Assembly (NCBI GenBank): GCA_944322885.1
Contig: CALUQH010000017.1
Location: 6,787-70,786, forward strand
DNA: 64,000 nt
Source: Candidatus Gastranaerophilales bacterium
Lineage (GTDB): Bacteria > Cyanobacteriota > Vampirovibrionia > Gastranaerophilales > Gastranaerophilaceae
Direction of reading: 5' to 3'
Positions within the stretch are counted from its first letter, which is position 1. Each line of letters opens with the position of its first letter. Below the pieces are notes generated by a model. It was not told the DNA's origin. It saw only the letters and a program-made list of their open reading frames with translations, and did no database searches. This document shows, in pieces, positions 16,225 through 24,900 of the stretch. The translations under genes were made by a program, and so were the position numbers.

Positions 16225-19131
16225 TTAAAACAGGCTTAGCTGTTCTGATTTGTTCTGCTCTTTTTGTTCCTTTTCAAATTTTGAATATTCCAGTAAATCT
16301 TGTTCAATTTTGGCTAAAAACGGAGATATTTCAAGATTTTCCGATTTACCGTATACTGTTCGTTTAATTGCACGGCTTAAGAATAAACGTTCTTTTGCTC
16401 TTGTCATACCAACATATAAAAGTCTGCGTTCCTCTTCAATTTCTTCGGGCGTTTGTGCGCGGTAAAGCGGTAAAATTCCGTTTTCCAAACCTGTTATAAA
16501 TACACAGTTGAATTCAAGACCTTTTGAAGAATGAAGCGTCATCAAAGCAATTCTGTCAGCACGTCTGTCAAGAGTATCGGATTCTTTTAAGAGAGAAACC
16601 TCATGGATAAAGTCTTTTTTATCTGGGAATTTTTCTGCAATCCAGAGAAGGTATTTTTGAACATAATCTTCAATTTCATCTGTAAAATTTTCTTTTAATT
16701 GTTCTGTAATGGGTTTGTCATCCGTAAGGTTTTTAAGAAGTTTCTTTACGGGCGGTCTGTCGCAGAGCATATCGTCGGAAAGTTTTACAAAAGGCATTCC
16801 GGATCTTTCAAGAGCGTTTAAAATCGGTTTTAACTGTGCTGATGTTCTGTAAAGAATTGCAAAATCTGAAAAAGTGTAATCCTCTCTTGCTCCGTCAGAT
16901 CTGTCAGAATCAATTGAGAAAAAACTGTGTCCGCCGATAAGATTTTCAATAGTGCTTACAACAAATTCGGCTTCTGCGTTATCTGTCGGGGCTGTATGAA
17001 TTGTAATTTTATCGTGCAGTTTGTTGTTGTGCGAAACTGTATTGTATGCATCAATCATCTGGTTTGAAGCATTAACAATATTTTCTGTTGAACGGTAATT
17101 ATTTTTAAGATTAATTATTTGAACATTTTTATAATCTTCTTTAAAATTATTAAAGAATTTTGAATTACCTCCGCGGAAACCGTAAATCGCCTGATTAGGG
17201 TCGCCGATTGCACAAATATTACCGTTTTCGGGAACAAGAAGTTTTATAAGTTTATACTGATTTTCGTCAATGTCTTGATATTCGTCGACCGAAACGTATT
17301 TATAGCGTGATTGATAACTTTCTTTTACATCGGGATATTCTTCAAAAAGTTTTACCGTAAGCTTTATAAGGTCGTCAAACTCAATCATGTTTTCGGGTAT
17401 CACACTGTATAGAGCTTTTTCCTGTTCGCTGATTACATTAAAATCTTCACTTAATCCCGCTTTATCATAATTTTCTTTTAATATTGCAAGGCAGAGTGAA
17501 TGGAAAGTATGAATATTAATTTTTTCGGCTCTGTCCTTCAAAAGCTTTTGAAGCCTTTCATACATCTCTTGTGAGGCGCGGCGCGTAAAAGTTATTGCAA
17601 GACACTGCTGAGGTACTGCTCCGTTTTCAATCAAATGTGCGATACGTCGTGTCAACACAGTTGTCTTACCCGAACCCGGGCCTGCGATTATTAAAAGCTG
17701 ATTATTTGTATTTTCAACAGCCGCCTGCTGAAATTCATCCAGACCATAATGCTTCTCTGTTTCAGCTTCCGAATGAGTATCTTTAACCTGCGGGATATTA
17801 AATTCCTTATGAGAAACAGTATAATTCTCAACTGTTTTTAAAGGAGTTTTCGGGATATCAATATCAAATTTAAGGTTTACAGAGTTTTTTTTTACAAGTT
17901 CATTTTCTTCAAAAAGTCTTATGACTCCATATTCTCCGTCATATCCCGCGTGTTTTATAACCTGACCTTTGCGCAGGCGCGAAATTCCTTCTCCAAGGAG
18001 CGGAAAATCTTTTGAAAGGTCTTCTGCCGGAACATCTCTTAATATAGAAAATTCAGAACCGAATTTTGAAATTAAACGCTCATATTCTTTTGTAACGGAT
18101 TTCGCAGACGGGCCGACGCCTAAGATTTCCGAAATAATTTCAGGCAGAGGAACAAGGCTGTAAACTTCCCCCGCCGTATCAGGTTTGAAAGTATTATTGC
18201 AACCTCTGTCAGCGAGTTCACAAACTCTATTTAAAACCCCTATTGTCATCGGTTTTCCGCAAACAGGACAGATACCGTTTAGTTTTTTAGTTTCTTCGGG
18301 TGTCATACAGACATTGCATTTTCGGTGTCCGTCTTCGTGATATTTACCTTCTTCGGGGAAAAATTCGACTGTGCCGACGTATCCTTTTCCTGTTTTTAAG
18401 GCGTTCATAATACTGTAATAATCAGGGTTTGTGTCAAATACAGTTGCTTCGCGGGCAAGTTTGGAAGGCGAATGCGCGTCAGAGTTTGATACAAGTCTGA
18501 ATTTATCAAGTTTTGACACCCGCCAATTCATTTCGGGGTCGGATGAAAGACCTGTTTCTACGGCAAAAATATGTTCGGATAAATCCCCGTAACATTCTTC
18601 GATTGAATCAAAGCCGGATTTTGAGCCAAGAACAGAAAACCATGGAGTCCAGATATGTGCAGGGATTATAAAAGTGCCTTCTCCGGATTCAAGAGCCGTT
18701 TCAAGAAGATTTCTTGAATCCAAACCTAATATCGGACGCCCGTCAGAATTTATATTACCTATTGCATCGAGTTTTTGTCTGAAATTTTGCGCGGTGTCAA
18801 TATCAGGTGCAAAAACTACATGGTGAACTTTTCTTGTTTTGTCACCTTTTTTGTAAATTGTTGAAATTTCAACCGAAAGAATAAACCTTACAGGATTTGA
18901 GGTTGTAAAAATTTGTTTTTCTATTTCGGGTTTAAGTCTGTAGGCGCCCTGTCCGTCAGGAACAAGTTTTTCTTTAATTTCATTAAACCATGCAGGATGC
19001 GTAAAATCCCCCGTTGCAATCAAGTCCAGTCCTTTTTTCTGCGCCCACATTGCAAGATGTTCCAAATCACAGTCTTTGCTTGTTGCACGTGAATATTTTG
19101 AATGTATATGTAAATCGGAATAGAAAACCAT
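16225..19131 (-). CDS. Fusion of PHP/EndoQ-like (TIGR00375/YqxK-type) nuclease domain and UvrD/Rep SF1A helicase
   Basis: N-term DLHIHSKYSR, TGDFTHP, PAHIWTP, SNSDAHS, Cys4 finger; C-term AGPGSGKT, VDEYQD, GDPNQAIYGFRG, NYRS, TLHSSKGLEF, EERRLLYVGMTRA. Confidence 0.88.
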   Translation of the reverse strand: MVFYSDLHIHSKYSRATSKDCDLEHLAMWAQKKGLDLIATGDFTHPAWFNEIKEKLVPDGQGAYRLKPEIEKQIFTTSNPVRFILSVEISTIYKKGDKTRKVHHVVFAPDIDTAQNFRQKLDAIGNINSDGRPILGLDSRNLLETALESGEGTFIIPAHIWTPWFSVLGSKSGFDSIEECYGDLSEHIFAVETGLSSDPEMNWRVSKLDKFRLVSNSDAHSPSKLAREATVFDTNPDYYSIMNALKTGKGYVGTVEFFPEEGKYHEDGHRKCNVCMTPEETKKLNGICPVCGKPMTIGVLNRVCELADRGCNNTFKPDTAGEVYSLVPLPEIISEILGVGPSAKSVTKEYERLISKFGSEFSILRDVPAEDLSKDFPLLGEGISRLRKGQVIKHAGYDGEYGVIRLFEENELVKKNSVNLKFDIDIPKTPLKTVENYTVSHKEFNIPQVKDTHSEAETEKHYGLDEFQQAAVENTNNQLLIIAGPGSGKTTVLTRRIAHLIENGAVPQQCLAITFTRRASQEMYERLQKLLKDRAEKINIHTFHSLCLAILKENYDKAGLSEDFNVISEQEKALYSVIPENMIEFDDLIKLTVKLFEEYPDVKESYQSRYKYVSVDEYQDIDENQYKLIKLLVPENGNICAIGDPNQAIYGFRGGNSKFFNNFKEDYKNVQIINLKNNYRSTENIVNASNQMIDAYNTVSHNNKLHDKITIHTAPTDNAEAEFVVSTIENLIGGHSFFSIDSDRSDGAREDYTFSDFAILYRTSAQLKPILNALERSGMPFVKLSDDMLCDRPPVKKLLKNLTDDKPITEQLKENFTDEIEDYVQKYLLWIAEKFPDKKDFIHEVSLLKESDTLDRRADRIALMTLHSSKGLEFNCVFITGLENGILPLYRAQTPEEIEEERRLLYVGMTRAKERLFLSRAIKRTVYGKSENLEISPFLAKIEQDLLEYSKFEKEQKEQNKSEQLSLF

Positions 19132-19142
19132 ATTTTATACCC

Positions 19143-19925
19143 CTAATCAGATGTTATCTGCCATTTTTCGAGCATTTTGTCAAGTTTGCCCGTTTTTTTA
19201 AGATTATCCATTATATAATCAACCTGCTGTAAAAGTCTTTCAGACTCAGGTTCTTTTCTGAAAACAACTGCATAAGGTTCTTTTGAATAGCGTTTTTTCA
19301 GAAGTCTGACAGATTTATCACGTATTATATAACGTAAAAGTATTGTATCATCAGCAATCATTCCGTTTGCCTGTTTTGCTTTCAGCGCTTTGTATGCCTC
19401 ATCATAACCTTTAAAACCTAAAACAGATATCCCCGGAACGTTTGAGCGGAGATTTCTTTCACTGGTTGAGCCAAATACTATAATAAGTCTTTGATTTTCA
19501 AAATCGCTAAGGCTTGTAGCCTTGCTGTCGCTGTTAACCATTATTGCCTGACCCGCAATATAGTAAGGAATTGAAAAATTTAATATCTGTTGTCTTTGCC
19601 GCGTAATTGACATTGCAGCCACAAGCATATCAACTTCCCCCGAGGCGAGTTTCATTATACGGTTTGAAGCCGTGACAGGAACAAATTCCACCTTTGTTTC
19701 ATTTCCGAGAAGTGATTTAGCAATTGTTCGTGCAAGTTCAATATCAAATCCCAGAAGATTACCTTTTTCGTCCCTGTAACCGAAAGGTGCAGCGTCTTCT
19801 CTCACCCCGACAATAATCTTATCCCTTTTATATATTTCAGACAATACATCTGATTTTGGCTGTTTTTTCCCGCAGCCGCAGAATATAAAACATAAAAACA
19901 AAATAACTAAAAAAATCTTCTTCAT
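19143..19925 (-). CDS. Amino-acid ABC transporter substrate-binding lipoprotein (family 3)
   Basis: Lipobox-like FCGC, GFDIELAR, RIMKLASGEVDM, FSIPYY; ATG 19925 preferred. Confidence 0.88.
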   Translation of the reverse strand: MKKIFLVILFLCFIFCGCGKKQPKSDVLSEIYKRDKIIVGVREDAAPFGYRDEKGNLLGFDIELARTIAKSLLGNETKVEFVPVTASNRIMKLASGEVDMLVAAMSITRQRQQILNFSIPYYIAGQAIMVNSDSKATSLSDFENQRLIIVFGSTSERNLRSNVPGISVLGFKGYDEAYKALKAKQANGMIADDTILLRYIIRDKSVRLLKKRYSKEPYAVVFRKEPESERLLQQVDYIMDNLKKTGKLDKMLEKWQITSD

Positions 19926-20123
19926 AATAAGAAAATGATATCCGAACAAATGCTGAAAGTCAATTACAAAAAGCCCTGACGATATTCAAATAGCCTGCGT
20001 GGATAACCGCTTTTGGCAATGTTTCTTATAACAAATGAAGTACATAATCTAGTATTAGTTTGTTTTTTAAAAAAAATATTTTTGGGGTTTTTCGAAAAAA
20101 GCCCGCAACACAAGGAGGTAAAA

Positions 20124-22172
20124 ATGACTATTAAAAAACTTACTGTGGCAGCTGCAATTGCCGTTGGAATAGCAACGTGTTCCTTGAATCAGGCAATGGC
20201 GGCTTGTCCCTGCGCAGCTCCGGAAACTCCGGCACCGTGCGCAGAACCTTTACCTGTAGTTACAGGTCCTGCATGTCCGTGTGAAACCACAAAACCGAAC
20301 ACATGTTCAAAATGCAAAAAAGCTATGCCTGATTGTGACTGTCAAAAACAGGACCCGTGTGAAGATCCTTGCAAAGACCCTTGTGATCCTTGCGAAAAAA
20401 AATCTGACTGCGGCTGTCCTGATGAAATCAGCTGCGATGAACCGGCAGAACCGGCTTGCGCAATATGTCCGCAGACAGGCAAACCCGACAGAAAAGATAT
20501 GAAACAGGTTTACGGTTATCCTAACGCAATCTACGGTACTAACAACTATGTAGGCCAACCTGCAAACTCTATCTTCTCAACAGATACACCGATTGCGTCT
20601 ACACCGCGTGTACTTTCTTCAAACGTTAACGGTACAACTATCTCTTCACAAGGACAGGTTACAGGTGCAGCAACCGAAATGCCCTGCCTTAACGAAGCTC
20701 CTACACGTCATAACGGTATTCCGATTGACAGAAATGAACGCTTGATGGACGGTAACAACTGCCCTATAGACTTCCAGTCTACAAACTCAATTGATGCGGT
20801 CAGAAAATCTTTTGTACCGTATGAAATTCCAAACCAGATAATGCAAACTACAGGTGCTGCCGCAAACCTGGGCGGATGCCAGTTTCCCGATGTCCCGAAC
20901 GGTTTCTGGGCAGCATGCGACATTGATAAATTAGCTATTAACGATGTTGTAGTAGGTTACCCAGACGGATATTTCAAACCTAACAGAAATATTTCACGTG
21001 CAGAATTTGCTACAATACTTGTTAAAGGTTTCAACCTTGACAAATGCGATATGCCGAGAGAAGGCTTATTCAAAGACGTTCCTATGAGCAACTGGGCTAA
21101 CGCTGCAATTGCCAAGGCTGTTGATGAAGACCTGTTAAAGGGCTACCCCGACGGTAACTTTAAACCAAACCATCCTGTAACAAGGGTTGAAGCTTTAACA
21201 ACAATTGCTAAAGGTATGACCTGCGACATTGACCAGTGTAAAGCTGATGAAATCTTAAGCAAATACGCAGACGGTGCTTCTATTCCTAACTGGGCAAGAA
21301 TTCCGGTTGCAAAATCACTTGAAAACGGTGCTTTGAAAGATTCACCAAACCCGAACATGATTATGCCGAACAAAGAAGCTACCCGCGCAGAAGTTGCTTC
21401 TATGATGCAGACAGTCAGAGTTGCATTAGGCTATGACACTAACCCGAAAACAGCTAACAATATCTGCCCTGCTTGCCCTGTAAACAAAAATGCTTTCGTT
21501 GAACAGGAAGAAATCGTTAAAATTCCTACTTTAAAAGTAAAAATGATTGACCAGTTAACCGCAAAATCATCTCACGTAGGCCAATACTTCAGAGCAAACA
21601 CTCTTGAAGACGTAACAATTAACGGTGTAACATATCCTTGCGGTTCAACCGTAACAGGTCAGGTAGTAGAAGTTATCAGACCTTCAGGATGTGACAAAGG
21701 TGCTTTGAAATTGTCATTTACCGAAATCAAAAACGGCGACTGCAAAACTAAATTACCTAAACAAATCTTGCAGGCACAGGTTAACAAATCAAAACAGGTT
21801 AACCCTGTTGCAAGACTGGTTGAAATGCCGTTCACACTTGCAGGCTCGTTAGTCGGTGTAGCAGGCAGAACAGTCGGCGGTGTTGTAACTAACCTCGGTA
21901 ACGCTGTTGAAAACGTATCTAACGACGCAGGTTATATGTTAGGACACGTATTCCAGGGACAATTCGGTGCTGCTGCACGTAACTTAGGCGACGGCTTATG
22001 GGAAACAGTTAAAGCTCCGGTTGATGTTACAAGAACTGCTCTGTCAGGTACAATGGGCTTATTCCAGACTACAGGCGACGAATTTGCTTACCTTGTTGAC
22101 CCGCGCGGATACAAAATCTCCGCTGTTAACCCAAGAGAACACATTACTATTGCTTTTGGCTGTTCAGAATAG
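20124..22172 (+). CDS. Secreted S-layer homology (SLH) domain protein with a Cys/Pro-rich N-terminus
   Basis: AAGGAGG RBS before ATG 20124, signal peptide, three SLH repeats (FPDV..GYPDGYFKPNRNISRAEFA; FKDV..GYPDGNFKPNHPVTRVEA; ATRAEVA). Confidence 0.88.
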   Translation: MTIKKLTVAAAIAVGIATCSLNQAMAACPCAAPETPAPCAEPLPVVTGPACPCETTKPNTCSKCKKAMPDCDCQKQDPCEDPCKDPCDPCEKKSDCGCPDEISCDEPAEPACAICPQTGKPDRKDMKQVYGYPNAIYGTNNYVGQPANSIFSTDTPIASTPRVLSSNVNGTTISSQGQVTGAATEMPCLNEAPTRHNGIPIDRNERLMDGNNCPIDFQSTNSIDAVRKSFVPYEIPNQIMQTTGAAANLGGCQFPDVPNGFWAACDIDKLAINDVVVGYPDGYFKPNRNISRAEFATILVKGFNLDKCDMPREGLFKDVPMSNWANAAIAKAVDEDLLKGYPDGNFKPNHPVTRVEALTTIAKGMTCDIDQCKADEILSKYADGASIPNWARIPVAKSLENGALKDSPNPNMIMPNKEATRAEVASMMQTVRVALGYDTNPKTANNICPACPVNKNAFVEQEEIVKIPTLKVKMIDQLTAKSSHVGQYFRANTLEDVTINGVTYPCGSTVTGQVVEVIRPSGCDKGALKLSFTEIKNGDCKTKLPKQILQAQVNKSKQVNPVARLVEMPFTLAGSLVGVAGRTVGGVVTNLGNAVENVSNDAGYMLGHVFQGQFGAAARNLGDGLWETVKAPVDVTRTALSGTMGLFQTTGDEFAYLVDPRGYKISAVNPREHITIAFGCSE

Positions 22173-22238
22173 CGTAAGCTGACAAAACATAACAGTCAAT
22201 TCCATTAAAAACAGTAATTAATTTATTCTAAGCCTGGG

Positions 22239-22268
22239 GAAACCGGTATCTTATAAGATACCGGTTTC
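22239..22268. terminator. Terminator between convergent genes
   Basis: GAAACCGGTATCTT-AT-AAGATACCGGTTTC, 14-bp stem. Confidence 0.85.
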
Positions 22269-22279
22269 TTTATGCAAAA

Positions 22280-22903
22280 TTAAACTCTGTCAAAATTTAA
22301 CAGCTTAAAACCGCGTTTTTTCTTTTCAAGTTCAACGTCAGGAAGCTCGTAACATTTTATGCAGCGTGCTTCATAAGTTTCATCCCCGCCTATCATAATC
22401 AGAGGTGAATTTTTGTCAGCAGGTTTACCGTCAATAAGGCGCTGGGTGCGAGTTGCATTTTCACATCCGCATTTCATACATACGGCATGAAGCTTATCCA
22501 CTGTTGTTGCTATACACATTAATTCAGGCATACTTCCGAAAGGTTCGCCTTTAAAGTCAAGTTCCAGACCTGTGCCGATTATTTTTTTGCCTTCATCCAT
22601 CAATTTTGAAATGACTTTTACGATATTGCTGTCAAAAAATTGGAGTTCATCAATTGCGATTACCTCATCTTCAGGTTTTACAACACTCATAATCTGAATT
22701 GCGTGCTTAACCTTTATTGCATCAAGCCATAGGCCGTTTCTTGATTCTATATAATCGCCTTTTGCTCTCGTATCAATATCTGGGGAAATTACTTTTACTT
22801 TTTTCTTTGCAATAATTGAACGTCTTATTCTGCGCAAAAGCTCCTCTGTTTTACCGCAGCTCATAGGACCTGTGATTAATTCAAAACTATACCCGTACAT
22901 CAC
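22280..22903 (-). CDS. tdk: Thymidine kinase
   Basis: GPMSCGKTEEL, IDELQFF, GLELDFKGEPFG, Zn-binding CMKC...C, IGGDETYEARC. Confidence 0.96.
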   Translation of the reverse strand: MMYGYSFELITGPMSCGKTEELLRRIRRSIIAKKKVKVISPDIDTRAKGDYIESRNGLWLDAIKVKHAIQIMSVVKPEDEVIAIDELQFFDSNIVKVISKLMDEGKKIIGTGLELDFKGEPFGSMPELMCIATTVDKLHAVCMKCGCENATRTQRLIDGKPADKNSPLIMIGGDETYEARCIKCYELPDVELEKKKRGFKLLNFDRV

Positions 22904-22954
22904 TATCTCCTTACAAAAAAATTATACATCTTTCATAAATTATTTGAAAGTAAA

Positions 22955-23752
22955 TTAATGTAAAATTTTATCACGCAGTTTTTTTAAGCCGGCGCCATAG
23001 AAATATCGCAGCTGTTCAGGGAAGTTGTTTTCAATATCCACAAGATACATGCTGAAAACGCTGAAAGCTTTGATAAGAAAAACAATTTCGGTATTTTTTG
23101 TCCAAGTGACTTTCGGCTGCATATTTTTAAAAGGTTTTGTTATTCCGAAAATACCTTCACTGTTATCCGCCGTCAGGAAGATAAATTTGTCATTTTTATA
23201 ATGGTCAAGCATTGAAATTCCGGAATGTTCAAACACAGTTCCGAAATTACAGATAAAATTGTCGTATTTTACAATTTTAATATCAAGTCCTCTGTTATAA
23301 GCGTCAAGAAGATGCTGTTCGAGATATTTAAAATCGTGCGACCAGAGTGCAACAAAAATATTATCCCTTGCGGTTTTAACAATTTCAATTAATTTGTCGT
23401 AAATCTTAATCGTGCCCGAAACCGTTAAAACAGGTTCGGTATAGCTGTCCTCTTTTAGGTCTGGCAATTTTTTTTCAAGAAAGTTAATTGTTGAATCAAT
23501 CTTTCTTTTATAACGCTTTGTTAATTCTTTCGGTTTTATCGGGGTATATGTCACTGGTTTTGTGTTGGAAGGAATTACAATATGCATTGTTTCAAGAACT
23601 TTTAGGGTATCGTAAGTTCTTGACTGCGGAATATTTGCAAGTTTGCTGACCTCATAACCCGTTGCAGGAAACTTTTTCAAAAGCGCAACGTAGACCTTTG
23701 ACTGGTATTCATTAAGCCCGATTTCTTTTAATTTTTCAATTACTTCATCCAT
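22955..23752 (-). CDS. TrmB-family transcriptional regulator
   Basis: LKEIGLNEYQSKVYVALL..ATGYEVSKLANIPQSRTYDTL wHTH plus C-terminal effector domain. Confidence 0.88.
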   Translation of the reverse strand: MDEVIEKLKEIGLNEYQSKVYVALLKKFPATGYEVSKLANIPQSRTYDTLKVLETMHIVIPSNTKPVTYTPIKPKELTKRYKRKIDSTINFLEKKLPDLKEDSYTEPVLTVSGTIKIYDKLIEIVKTARDNIFVALWSHDFKYLEQHLLDAYNRGLDIKIVKYDNFICNFGTVFEHSGISMLDHYKNDKFIFLTADNSEGIFGITKPFKNMQPKVTWTKNTEIVFLIKAFSVFSMYLVDIENNFPEQLRYFYGAGLKKLRDKILH

Positions 23753-23883
23753 AAAATGAGTTTAGCCGATTTTTGAATTTTGTGCAAGAAAAAATTGGTA
23801 GATAGAAAGTTAGAATGATAAGAACTTTAGTAATGACAGAAGCCACTAATGCAAAACTGAGTGGCGGATGGAACGGCACGTTC

Positions 23884-24798
23884 CTAAGCTCTCGGGTGGG
23901 CTTCGTTATAAACTTCTTTTAAATGCTGTGTTGAAACATGGGTATAAATTTGCGTGTTTGAAATGCTTGCATGCCCCAGAAGCTCCTGCACAACTCTTAA
24001 ATCCGCTCCGTTTTCTATCAAATGGGTTGCAAAACTGTGACGGAACACGTGGGGAGTAACGTGTTTCGGGAGATTTATTTTTTCCACAACATCGTTAATA
24101 ACGTTTCTTATAGTCCTTGTTTGGAGTCTGTAGCCTGTATTATTTATGAAAACAGGGGAATTTTCATCCTGAGGGGGAACCGGAAAACCTTTCGGTACAA
24201 GTGCTCTTGCAGTTTCAATATAACGTTCGAGATAATTTTTTGCTCTGTCTGTGACAAGAATTATACGTTCTTTTGAACCTTTTCCGAAAACTCTTATTTC
24301 GTTATGTTCAAGGTTTAAATCTCCGAAATTCAATCCTGATAATTCGGATATACGCATACCTGTTGCCCACAACAATTCCAAAATCGTTCTGTTCCGGTAT
24401 CCTGCAGGAGTTTCAATTTTTGTATTATTCAAAATTTGTTCGACTTCATCAGGGGTCAAAAATTTCGGCAATGATTTCGGACGTTTGGGATTTATCAGAC
24501 TCATTGCAGGATTTGAGTCAACTTTTCGCTCGCGGTATAAGTATTTGTAAAAAGTTCTTAATGATGCGATTTTTCGTGCTAAGGTCGTTTTTTTATAATT
24601 GAATTTTTGTATAAAATGCAAATATTCCCTGATTTTAGAAAGGTCAATGTCTTCGCATGAAACTTCATCCATCCAGACAAGAAAGCTCAAAATATCCGAA
24701 CAATAAGCCTTTGCCGTATGTTTAGAAAAGTTTTTTTCCGCAATTATATACGATTTAAAATCTTCAAGGTCCTGTTTGGAAATTGTGTTGATACCCAT
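23884..24798 (-). CDS. xerC: Tyrosine recombinase XerC/XerD family
   Basis: SKHTAKAY, RNRTILELLWATGMRISEL, GKGSKER, HVFRHSFATHL, LGHASISNTQIYTH; XerC versus XerD not resolved. Confidence 0.88.
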   Translation of the reverse strand: MGINTISKQDLEDFKSYIIAEKNFSKHTAKAYCSDILSFLVWMDEVSCEDIDLSKIREYLHFIQKFNYKKTTLARKIASLRTFYKYLYRERKVDSNPAMSLINPKRPKSLPKFLTPDEVEQILNNTKIETPAGYRNRTILELLWATGMRISELSGLNFGDLNLEHNEIRVFGKGSKERIILVTDRAKNYLERYIETARALVPKGFPVPPQDENSPVFINNTGYRLQTRTIRNVINDVVEKINLPKHVTPHVFRHSFATHLIENGADLRVVQELLGHASISNTQIYTHVSTQHLKEVYNEAHPRA

Positions 24799-24900
24799 GT
24801 TTTCTACACCGTTTACATTATTGATTTTTTACAGTTACTATTATACAATATTTTTAGAATAATTAAAATAGTCAACTTCTAACCGGTTGCAGGAGAAAAC

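Noticed and set aside
19960-20010. CTGACGA and GAAA suggested a hammerhead ribozyme or riboswitch upstream of the SLH gene
   Set aside because: Required stems and the NUH site cannot be built in any permutation
20365-20405. Short GAYCCNTGY repeats
   Set aside because: Coding microrepeat (DPC) inside the SLH gene, not a CRISPR array or iteron
23840-23890. Two hairpins after the xerC stop (GGAACG/CGTTCC and GCCACT/AGTGGC)
   Set aside because: Explained by termination or mRNA stability; no dif-like site or known ncRNA recognised
23884-24798. Tyrosine recombinase as a possible prophage or island integrase
   Set aside because: XerC/D size and motifs, housekeeping neighbours, no att repeats or phage genes
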